Of a DNA stretch of 64,000 bases, positions 38,307 through 49,019 are shown piece after piece. The stretch is from Selaginella moellendorffii (taxonomy: Eukaryota > Plantae > Lycopodiophyta). Below the pieces are notes generated by a model, which ran no database searches, had not been told where the DNA came from, and saw only the letters and a list, made by a program, of their open reading frames with translations. Both the position numbers and the translations under genes were made by a program. The stretch lies in NCBI RefSeq assembly GCF_000143415.4, contig NW_003314292.1, positions 937,498 to 1,001,497 of the forward strand, in the 5' to 3' direction. Within the stretch, counting starts at the first letter, position 1; every line of letters starts with the position of its first letter.

Positions 38307-41300
38307 ATGGCTTTCAGGGTTGGGGAAAAGGTTTACATTTTGAATGGTGGGAAGAGAGTTGCAAAAGGGACCCTTGTGTCTATGGATCGGAACTTTGTTA
38401 TACACTGTCAAAGGCTTGGGGAAGGCAATGCTGCTGTATCAGTAGAGACTGTCTTCGATGGGAATGTGGTCGCTATTGAACGAGGAGAGATGGTCGTCGG
38501 GGTAAATGTTGTTGTTGCCTTGAAAAATCTGCAGAAGAAAGCAGATGTTGGGGACAGCGCAAGTGCGACGCATGTTCCCTCCGTGGATCTTAAGAACCGT
38601 GCTACATGGATTCAGGCAAAGGTGTTTCTAAACAACCCCGAGGGGGAGGTGGTAGCTGAGGGCTTAGCCACAGTTGTCGATCCAAGAGATGCGGTTGCTA
38701 ATCAAGAATTGGGCTGGGATGATATTGGAGTTGCGATTTTAGAGGTTGTTGACACAGAAGAAAACAGTCTGACTATTGGAAGCATTGTGCGGTGGAAATT
38801 GAGGCATTTAGTGTTTGAGAATGTGAAGGATTCACAATCAAACACCACTACAACTGATGACAGAACATCTCTTCATGGGAAAAGAAAGTACACCTTCCTA
38901 CAGCGCAGCCAAAGGGATCTGAGCAACGAACCGAAAAGGTAGAAAATGGCGATGGAGGTTCGAATGGTCTCGACAGTTGCTTGTTGCAAGAGGAGGTGCT
39001 GTCAACATGCTGATTGGGATGCTATTGAAGAGGAGAGAGCAAGATACAAGACATTGTCCTGGAAGGCAGCTCGCAATTTTGTGTATGAGGCATTACGGTC
39101 ATCTGTTGATGCTTCAGAACATCAGGTGGGGGGCATGGTCTTCCAGAGGGGTTTGGTCTACATGAAGGCATGGAGAATCATTTATGGAGTCCCTCGAAGC
39201 ACATTCTACAGAATCAAAACTGAGTTCGAGGAACAAAGGGTTCAACAGGCAGTCCATGGGAACGACGGTACGCACAAAACCAGGGGTCATGTTGTATATG
39301 GAGAGGCAATCTTCAAGAGGTTTGTCGAGACATGTAGCGAGCAGCAACCACATAAAACCCGCCTCTTGGAAGATGGAACACGAGACACCCAACGAGTTCT
39401 CCCTTCCATGTATACCAAGGGGGCCATATTGGAAGATGTGAATCGGGAACTCCAGAGTAATGGCTACAGGAAGCTGAGCCAATCTAGATTTAGTAGATTG
39501 TGGAGCAACAGGTTCAGGGATGTGAGTATAGGAAAGTACTCCAGCTTTTCAAAGTGTGATGAGTGCACTGCTATCAAAATGGCTTTGTCGAAGAATTCTT
39601 GCAGCGCTCAAGAGTGAGAGACGTTGGTTAGAAGGCGGCTCGACCACAACATCGAGCAGAGAAGCTGCAGGACTGCATATTATCATAACAGGATTCTCTC
39701 CATGGAGAGACCTGACTCTTACCTCTGCATCATCCACGACAAAATGGACCAGAAAAAGACGTGCTTACCTCGACTCAATCCTGCCCCCAAGGCAATCTCT
39801 TCATCCATGCAGCTGCCTGTGTCTCTGTTTGGCATAATCGCTCATGAGCATGGTGCCCAGAATTATGGGAACTTCTTTGTACCTTTATGGGGTGGCGGGG
39901 GTGCAAACATGATGATTGCGTCCCTAGCAAAACACTTAAGGTCTCTGCAAAGTGCGCAGACTGAGCTGAACGGCCAACCCTTGCATAAGGCCCTTGTCGA
40001 TCGAACCCCATACAGGGTTCAGCTGGAGGAGGAGCAAAGGCTTGCAGTATCGCGTGGGGCCCCATGCCATCCCAGTGAATATGTTGGCCGTCAGATTGTA
40101 GGGTTATCACGTGAGGCCTCATGCCATTCCAACGAGGCTGGTCGCCCGGTGAATGCACAGCCTCATCCAAACGAAGCAGAATCTCAAGGAAGTTCTTGCG
40201 GCCGATGTGGCCTTCCACCCCATCTTCTGCTCCAAACAGACAATGCTGGCAGTGAGAACAAAAACATGTACGTCTTCGCGTACTTGGCAATGCTTGTTGC
40301 CAAAGGCATATTTGAAACGGTTTCACTTGGCTTTCTCATGGTTGGGCACACTCATGAAGACGTTGATGCCATGTTCAGTCACCTGGCAGAGTCCCTCCGG
40401 CGATCCAATGTCCTCACCCTCCCACAACTCTACGATGAATTCCAAAATTGCATCAAAGGCACTGTTGAAGCTGCACTTGTGACAGAGGTTCCAGACTTTA
40501 AGGGGTTTGTAAGAGGCTACATCAGGGACGGATCCGAAACGCTGATTGGCCACTTCAAGCCTCTTCAGTTTCATTTCAGCATGCGTGACGGTGCTCCAGT
40601 GATGAGGTACAAGATGAGAGAATGGGACATAGTGTGGCTGCCAGTGGATGGCATTGAACTCTTCAAGAGAGATCCCATAACTGGGGAACCTATGATTCCT
40701 CAGGGTTCCCCACGGCCGATACACCCGGATGGACTCAAAGACCAGGAAAGTATAGTGGCCGGGATTAGACAGCATATTGCCTTCTGGAAGAGGGGGTTGG
40801 TGTTTGGTGGAGAATCCTATTTTAAGAGGTGCAAGCCTTTGCTTGAATACTGGGAGAAGATTATATCTGCTATCCAAAATGGGCCGGTTGTATATGAAGA
40901 ATTGGAAGAGTCCTTTTGGCCAGAACCCAGAGCACCAGATAGTAGCAGAAAAATGTCCTCTGGAAATGCAGTGACAGATAACGATGTTGAGGATCACTAT
41001 TGTGGGCCGAGGAACAAGAAGCCGGATTCAGCATTCAATCCAGTACAGGTCTGCAAAGGAATGGTCGTGCTTGTCAGACCCAGTAATAAAAAACAAATGA
41101 TATGGGTGGGGCGCTGCATCACTGATGCAGAGGAGGACGCGGAAACTAACTCCTTCAATGTAACTGTGGAGTGGTTCAAGCCAAGTTCCGGATATACGAA
41201 GGATTGCCTAGAAAAGAGATGGGTGCTGAATCCAAGGGATCCCAGCATGAGCATATCGGTGGATAATGTTGTGCATGGTTGGATGCGGAAGCAGAGTGCC

Positions 41301-41375
41301 ACCATCACCTTGCCAGACCATGCAAGAGATGCAGCAAGAGCATTCATAACCCGGGTTCAAGGTGAGATTCATTAA
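38307..41375 (+). pseudogene. DDE transposase, Sola/DUF7869-like, about 1020 aa in one frame with two premature stops
   Basis: ORFs 38307-38942, 38946-39617 and 39624-41375 share one frame. Motifs include FSKCDEC, IIHDKMDQKKT, LLLQTDNAGSENKN and FLMVGHTHEDVDAMF. A splice acceptor TTCAG lies just upstream. Confidence 0.82.
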
Positions 41376-43427
41376 TATTCCTTTACTAAGTTTCTAATGT
41401 ATTTTATTTCAAGGTGAACAATCCAAATCTGAATCAGAGGAGGCGTGATGGCATGTGGCCCTTTGCACTAGTATATCTTAATACCGGTCTGAGAAATAGA
41501 ATGGCATGTGCCCTCAGGCCTTTTACTAAATCACCTTTGAAAGAAATGCAAGCCTCTATGTCGTAAAAAAAAGGTACTAGAGAAATTCCTTAATAATATG
41601 AATGTTATTTAGTTTCATGAAAATACACTAAGGGTCAAATGAGTTAAATGACTTCTCCAGACTAGCAATGCCTCTTGCTACACCTTCACAATTAGATTCG
41701 TTAGAAAAAGATAACATTGAATAATATCTAAATGTTCTCACCATTAAGTTATATGTCTGGCTAATAGGAATGATGTTCATCTTGGAAAGCTCACCACACG
41801 CTCAATGAACAAACAAATAGTGTGTGCGCGCATGCCATCGCTCTTCTTTAGCTTCAGATTCGGCTTGTTCACCTTGACAATGAGATTTATTATACAACCA
41901 GATGGACTCAGTCTGGACACAAAGTCACCGCGCTAGTCACCATGCCCCAGATATGTCTAGCCCCTGGACAAAAAACATATAATTTCACGTCATTTTCAAA
42001 TACTTGAAAATTTGTACCTAGTCCCATTTTACTGAATAAATCCCACTTTAACGAAATAGAGCTTAGATAGGGAAAACGAACTAACACTAAATCATCCGTT
42101 TCGTACTTCATAAGTGGACGATGATAGGAGTTGTAGTGCCGTTATTGTCCCACTTGTATACGACCTAAGTGTTTAGTAGACTTTGCTCAGACAAGTGGAA
42201 GAATGCTCGCCAAATACTAATCCCACGACCTAGCATCAACAGCTCGTGGCAATCGCAAAAGTAAACCCAACTCTGTTAGTAATATTGGATCATGACCATA
42301 TGAAAATTTTTATAATGAAGCACCAACAGAACTCTATACCCCTGTGACACATGCATACCAAAGATACGGCAAATAACCATCCCAATCCAAATGATGAAAC
42401 TTCATATACTTCACGATCATCCCTTTGAATATCCGAATGAGTTGTTCCACCAAACCATTTGACTGTGGATGATAAGCACTCATAAAAGTGTGGCATATCC
42501 CCAATCGAGATGTCAAAACATGAAATGCCTCAACCATAAATGCAAGACCATTATCTGAAAGAATTTGTTTCGAACAAGAATGCTAAAACACCACTCGATT
42601 AAGGAGGAAGTATCCAAAACAGTTGTAAAAGCATTAGAAAGAGCACCAACTTCCACCCAACAAGTCAAGTAGTCAGAAACAATAATAACATACTTATTAC
42701 CAGTAGTCAATCATGGAAAAGGTCCTATAAGATTAAATGCCACTAGCTCAAATAGATAGGAAACTGCAATTAACTCCAACCATCCTTCCACGGCACGAGG
42801 GGGAGTATTACTAGCCTGACACCAAATGCAACTATGCACATACTGGATAATATCACATCGCATCTTTAGCTAATAAAAAGACTTATGCAGCTTCTCGGTC
42901 ATATAAGGATGTCCCATATACCCACCTAGAATAAGAGAATCATGGTAAGCATGGAGAAACTGTGGAATAAAGATTGAAAGCACCACCAACCGTAAATGAT
43001 TATCAAGATTCATCCCCAATGAAGTAATGGCAGCATGATCACCTTCTAATAATATTTGAGAACCATGTAGATATGCATAAAGTTTCTTGAAACCCAAACT
43101 ACTACTAAACACTCTTTCTCTATCGTGGAGTAGTTCACCTCCATTAGTTGTAATATACAACTGATATATGCAATGGGATGGCACTGACCAGGCACACTCA
43201 GGCCTCTTGCATCAACACACTTGCAAAACCAATATCAGAAGCATTTATGCGCAAAATGAAAGGTCAAGTGTAGTTAGGATATGCTAAAAGCGGAAGAGTC
43301 ATTAATAGCTCTTTGAGATCCATGAATGCTTGCTCATAGTCTTCAAACCAAATGAAAGACGGACATTGATGATTTTAGCAATGTTCGCAACGGTGTAATG
43401 TGATCAGAAAGATGATCCACAAAACAA

Positions 43428-44715
43428 CCAAGACATTGGGAACTCCTCCAACCTGCTTGCAACACTTGCCGAACTTAAATAAAGTCAGTCAAAGAAGTGA
43501 ACCTGGCGTAGTCCATATGTACTTGCAAAGTCTTGTCCAAAGAGCGTGACACAGCTCACTGGGAGTTCAAATAATTCAGCACTTGAGAGGCCGAAAAATA
43601 ATGGCTAGCAAAGGAAAGTTGTGCTTCATTGTCTCGTCGATCTTCATCTTGCGTTTTGCTCAAGTAGACCAATACTACAGGAATTTCACCAGCAAAATAA
43701 ATGATTCCTTCTTGTTTCCGCTTGATCCACATGGCTTGAGTGGCCGCTACGCTGGTTTATGGTCCAACTATAGCAACACAGAGATCAGCCAGAATATTAG
43801 TTACAAGGTGTGGATGCTGAGTTATAAAGCTGACACACCAAGATCGTTTTTCCTGGCCCTCGTTGCCATCTGCAATCCAACTAGCTGGGAGCTCACGAAA
43901 CCGGTCATCCTGTGGAAGGCCTGACAGACAAGGCTTGTAGGTGAGAATGCCACTCTACAATTTACCACAGATGGAGAGCTTAAAGTCGAAGAAGATAGTG
44001 ATGTTGTATGGTCCATGAAAACTGCAAACAGAGGTGTCCGGTGGCTCTGCCTTTCCAATCACGCAACCATAATGCTCCTGGACAAAAGCTTGAGCAATGT
44101 CATCTGGCAAAGCAGCAACGAACCTTCTGATACTGTGTTGTTGCAACGAGCACTTACACCAGGAAAAAATCTTGTAAGTTTCAATACTTCAGAAGACAGC
44201 AGTGATGGCCTCTATAGTCTCATCATGGAGGAAAGAAGGCTGTGCTCTTAAAGCGTTCACTTGCGCCTGAAAGACCAGAGCTCTTCAACCAGCACTTCTC
44301 TCTTAGAAAAAAATAGAGGAACACACGACACCACGTACCTGCGTCACTCGAGACGCTTGTTCTTTCAGCAAGTGGCCAATAAATATAAGATCTTGTGTTC
44401 TTCTCTTCTTGGCAGCTGTTGGAGATGACAGTGAGCAGCTCAACAATCCAGTTGACATAGAGGCAGCACTGCCGCTGCTTGCTAGTGAGGAGAGAAGATC
44501 ATGAGGCAGTATTCTCCGCTCATCACTGCCATCGAAGTTCCTACAATGCACACATCTGTTTGTAACACTGAAAAAATTGATGCAAGGGATGACTAAAGTA
44601 CCAGCTGCCAAAGACGAGAATGCAAAAGCAGAAGAAGTAAGTTTTCCAGTCTAGAAAATTCCAGCTAATCACCAATGCATTCTTCTAGAAAGCAAAAAAA
44701 GTAGCATTAGGGGTT
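43428..44715 (+). repeat. About 1.3-kb duplicate of 57091-58382 (B-lectin fragment pseudogene copy, 43601-44251)
   Basis: Collinear high identity. This copy has a CGA>TGA stop at 43922. Confidence 0.92.
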
Positions 44716-44804
44716 GGACTGAGATCCTGCAACTCAATCAACTTTGTTCTTCCCTTGATCGACTACATAGGGAAGAACATTTGAAACAAAAAACACCAAA
44801 GTTC

Positions 44805-44935
44805 CTCGTGGAGGCAAGGTGTGTCTTCGACAACATGCAGCTTCATGATGCCGTGTCCTGGAACTCCATGATCCTGGGATATGCAGAGGCTGGAGAGCAC
44901 GAGATGGCTTTAGAGCTATATCAATGCATGCAAAA
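44805..44935 (+). pseudogene. PLS-class PPR fragment
   Basis: EARCVFDNMQLHDAVSWNSMILGYAEAGEHEMALELYQCM. Confidence 0.75.
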
Positions 44936-45367
44936 AAAAGCAGCAACAGTAGCAACAGCAGCAACAGATGAAACCAAAAATGAAACAAACACAGAATGAA
45001 AGCAAGTTTAAGGAACAGCCAAGCAAACTAAAGTAAAAAAAAAGAGAGAGAAAGAGAAAAAAAAAAACACTCTCATCCAACAAACATCTCTATGCAGTCA
45101 ACCGTAAGGGAAAGAAAAAAAAAGCATTAAAAGAAAGAAAGAAAAATGAGAAATAAAATGTACTCCGTCATACGAAAACTCAATGCACACTCTCTACTGT
45201 TGCTCTTTTGTTGTTGAAGTGAGAGGAATAAATGAAATATAAAGAAGTATCAGACAAAGGGGAGAAGCCTCAAAGTCACACTTAGCATGATTGCGTTGTA
45301 ACCAATCCATATCAAGGATGAGGTCAAAAGCTTGACTCGGCACTAGCCACAATGATTGTAATCCAAG

Positions 45368-45586
45368 TGTAAGCAACCAAAGGGAATGACTTGAGAGATG
45401 ATCCATAAGGTTCAAATATAGAGGGAAAGCACCCATGAATAAGAGCGTATCTTCTTTTCCAATCGGTTGAGGGTCTTGGGATATTTGGGGTTAAGTGTCC
45501 TTAGGTTTGAATAGTACTAGGTTGGGTGGGTTTAAATAATACTGGGCTGGGTGACCTCTCAGGAAATCCAAACTCAGGAGCTTACA
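45368..45586 (+). mobile_element. Solo LTR of a Cassandra-like TRIM containing 5S rRNA-derived sequence
   Basis: TGTAAGC...GCTTACA ends with perfect TSD CCAAG. GTTAAGTGTCCTT..AGTACTAGGTTGGGTG..GGGTGACCTCTCAGGAAATCC resembles plant 5S rRNA. Confidence 0.85.
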
Positions 45587-47219
45587 CCAAGGTTGAGATT
45601 GCCCATACGCACAACTAAATCTGCCTTATCCCGTGCATATACATATGTATTGGCGTTGCTATAAAGAATAAAATTTGGCTCTGCCACACAACATAAGTGT
45701 AGATGGCAACGTATGGCAATAAGTCAAACAATAGAAGATAAACTCAAACCTATATCAACCAATACAAAGAGAATAATATGAGACTTCTTGTTATAAAAAC
45801 GAGCTTGGAAAGTAAACACTAAATGAACTGATACTGAGTGAACCCCTTGATAATACTTCCAAAAGAAAGATGGAAGGGTCACTGACTTATTCACGCAATG
45901 TTCTTTTGTTACTCGTGCCACTTCTCATTTCCCAGATGCATCTTAGTGTCTAGACCTTCTACTGTAACAACACTAACAAAATGTTATTGATACCAAGGTC
46001 TCCACCCAGGAAATGGAGGTTGCCAATCCGAAAAATGCCAACAACACCAATAAGTATAATCAACTTTATCACATGCCTAATAGTGAACATCATGGCCACG
46101 ACCATGTCCTTGCCCTTGTCCTTGGACTCAAGCACCAACAGACCTTCATTGGAATAGGACCATCGCCCATAGGAAGTGGAGATAAAGGACATGCAGCAAA
46201 AAATGGAAAAAGCGACATCTCATAATGTTGTGCCAAGCAAAGAGCATTGTCAAAGGTGGCTAGAGCAAGTGCATGCACAAGTCTGACAAAATCTTGATAA
46301 AGTGCTAGCCACAACATTCCTAGTTTGATTCACTCCAACATATTTAGCTCCTCATAAAACAAGAGGCTTAGGAAACGAATGCTAAATTGCATCACTAACT
46401 CAAATGACCCTTAACGAAAACGATGCAATTGTTGGAAGGCATCATTATAATCATCAGCATGTTTGAATGGACTTTTGAAGACATCCAGGAGAACACTCCA
46501 ATCCCTACGAGTGATTATGCTCAAACCATTGTACCACTGTAGCACCGTCCCTTGAAGACACATGAAAAACTCATGCAAACGTCAAACATCATCCCAAGAA
46601 TGATATGTGGCAATTACCGTGAAATGATCAAACCAATAATACACATCATGAAAGAACTTTGGCTAAATATGAGGATTGGCACTAAGAGCAGGAGAAGCTG
46701 TACCACATGCTGTGAATGCCGCCATCAACTAAGTTTGGTTGTTCAATTGCAATCACATAGCATCAAGCAATTGCACCAATTGCTGCTTCGGAGTCAGAGG
46801 AGGAAATTGTTACTCTGCCATGAAGATGAATGAATAAGAAAGAAAAAAAGAAAATAAATGAGAAAAAGTTAGAAGGAAAGAGAGATCTACAATGCAAAAA
46901 CTAAATTTAAACCAAAATCCTAAAAGGAAATAACAAAAGAAAGAAAATGGAAAAAACTAGATCTAAACAATACAAAAGTTAAATTTAAACCAAAATCCCA
47001 AATCCAAACACTCCTTACCGACAACCAAAACTGCTCCTCACCTCCACCAATGTGAATGTATGGAATATAAAAAGGGAATATAAAAAATATACATATCAAT
47101 TAACCCAAAAACCTTAATTTATATACAGGAATTAACGACTATCAAAATCCCACTATACTAATATTAGTATACAGCATTGTAACCGTACACTTGGACCTCA
47201 CATTATATATATATTACTA

Positions 47220-48425
47220 CTAAACAAAGCCTTCGGGAGTGACTAGAAAAGAAGGTCTATTGCTCCAACATGATATGTAACAATCATAATCCAAAAACAC
47301 AAAGAGGTCTATTGCAGCTACCCAGGCTCTCCAGGTGGGTTCATCCTTTATCACAAAGTGAACCTACAATTTTAACAGAATAACAAAGGCATGTCTAAGC
47401 CAGGTTACCTCAATGGATGCTTCAGCACTTTTGAGTGCCTTTTGTACACATTCTACAGCAATATGTGCAGCTTTATCCACAGGAAACCTGAAACACAATG
47501 CAAACTCAGTATATACAAGAGGTAAGGTGTGAGTACAAACCCGCCAGATCCACACGAGATAGCTGGAGTGTTATAGGCTTAACAACCTCCTTGCAAGCAA
47601 ATGTTATAGCATTCCTGTAATAGCAAAAGCACAATGTATCAAATTTTCTACACACTCTAATGTGCCCGTAAGTGAGACCAAGTTGTCTGGCAGCTTCCAT
47701 CTCCCTGTCTTTGGAGTATCTTGTGCCTAGAGTAGCAATGATTTTAGATGCCAGCAGTCCCTCTGAAGGGCTGAAAAACAAGTCAGTTAAAAAGTTAAAA
47801 AATAAGGAGAGACAGTTACATGATCTCCAAGGCAGTAAACTTCGAACTAGTATAGTAGCAAAACATATTTCTGAAAAAAGAAAAGTCAAAAGCTCTAAAC
47901 ACCCCTTTGCCTTACCCTGGTGGATCTTACCTCCAACAGGAATTACGATAGCATCATGCTTTCCGTCCACAAACCACTCTAGTATGTCTCCACTTTTAAT
48001 CACAAACTTGCAAGAGTCGACTTTACAAACAAGCTTGAGGTCCTTTTCCTGATCAGAAGACACTATATCTACTCGGAAAAACCAAAAAAAAAAAAGAGAG
48101 AGGTAAATTTGAAGCATTATTACCTTGAGGTCCATCACCCTTATGCAGGGGTCCCTGGGACGTCGGGGCTCGCAAGAGGTAACGGGTTTGGGTACTTGAG
48201 GGTTCCCATTGACTAAGAACAGTAACGTCGTTATATAGCTATAATTAGTTTACTGTACGTACCTAGGGGTCTAACACCATATAACTCTACCATCTCTTCC
48301 TCGTCTTCAGGCTCATCTTCGTCTTCAGACTCAGATTCATCGGGAGGCTCAGAATATATATCGATTGGGCCTTCCTCTTTGTCCTCTGTGGCACTGTGTA
48401 GCTGTCCACTCACCTCTAGAGTCAT
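47220..48425 (-). CDS. Divergent macrodomain (Appr-1''-p processing / MacroD-like) protein with acidic N-terminus, multi-exon
   Basis: FVIKSGDILEWFVDGKHDAIV, FPVDKAAHIAV and EVHFVI..PTWRAW resemble plant macrodomain proteins. Exon limits are approximate. Confidence 0.6.
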
Positions 48426-48714
48426 TCCAGAGGCCACTTTCTGTCGCAGCAGCTCTGCAACAGGAACTACTGCGAATGTCCTGCATTCGTCGGTCCCTAC
48501 ATCGGCAATCTTGCAGCAAGCTTCCTCGAGGCCCTGTACTAGTTTGCACGTTATAAGCTCGTTTGCGGATCAAAAGTATACAATACTCACAAGTGCGTCA
48601 ATCCGAGTGCTGAAAACGCTAGTATAATCGCTATCCATGTGACACTCTAGATGCAACAATAAGATAGGAGTCTGATCCCGGCTAGCAAAGATCTTCCATA
48701 CAATCAACGGGCGA

Positions 48715-48915
48715 GTGGAATGGAAGAATTTTATTCTTTGCTTCGATCGTCTAATGGAAGAACTTTTCTTTCTTTGCTTCGATCGTCTAGAGTGGAATGG
48801 AAGAACTCCTCTTTCTTGCTTCGATCATCTTGAAGGACTTTTCCTTCTTTGCTTCGATCGTCTAGAAGAACTCTTATTTCTTTGCTTGCTCGCTTGCTCG
48901 ATTCGTTTCGATCTT
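48715..48915. repeat. Tandem minisatellite (about 30-40 bp unit with core TTGCTTCGATCGTCTA)
   Basis: About 4-5 imperfect copies are visible. Confidence 0.8.
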
Positions 48916-49019
48916 CGGGTTTTGGAAAATCTCGGAACTTTTGGTACGTATCTCTCAGATGAGATCCACTCAAGCAGGGATAATTTTAATTGTCCACAGT
49001 GACCGAGAGTGGAAGTGGC

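Larger units (their letters stand above)
29704..42062. mobile_element. 12.36-kb TIR DNA transposon (Sola/DUF7869-like DDE transposase plus a large divergent cargo gene)
   Basis: 22-bp TIRs GCTTTATTTCGTTAAAGTGGGA (29704) and TCCCACTTTAACGAAATAGAGC (42041-42062), with 1 mismatch. The element interrupts the integrase tail of the host gypsy element. Confidence 0.88.
29246..47202 (-). mobile_element. Old degenerate Ty3/gypsy element with short LTRs (about 29246-29422 and 47051-47202), hosting several nested insertions
   Basis: Similar 150-175 bp LTRs ending CCTCACA and a PPT at 29423-29438. Relics of integrase (42063-42900, SAYHPQSNGLVE), RNase H/RT (43000-43427), protease (45200-45350) and gag (46300-46800) are present. 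Confidence 0.7.

Noticed and set aside
38940-39617. Programmed stop-codon readthrough or RNA editing in the transposase
   Set aside because: C>T decay is a simpler explanation, and the neighbouring gene also has frameshifts.
39775-41347. Antisense ORFs over the transposase (and similar ones over pol and the oxidase)
   Set aside because: They are shadows of the coding strand with no motifs.
29796-41838. Palindromic repeats interpreted as a CRISPR-like array
   Set aside because: Spacing is irregular (tens to thousands of bp), there are no uniform spacers or cas genes, and the context is eukaryotic and intron-rich.
45485-45570. Functional 5S rRNA gene
   Set aside because: Only a partial, diverged internal segment is present, embedded in a TG..CA LTR with a TSD.
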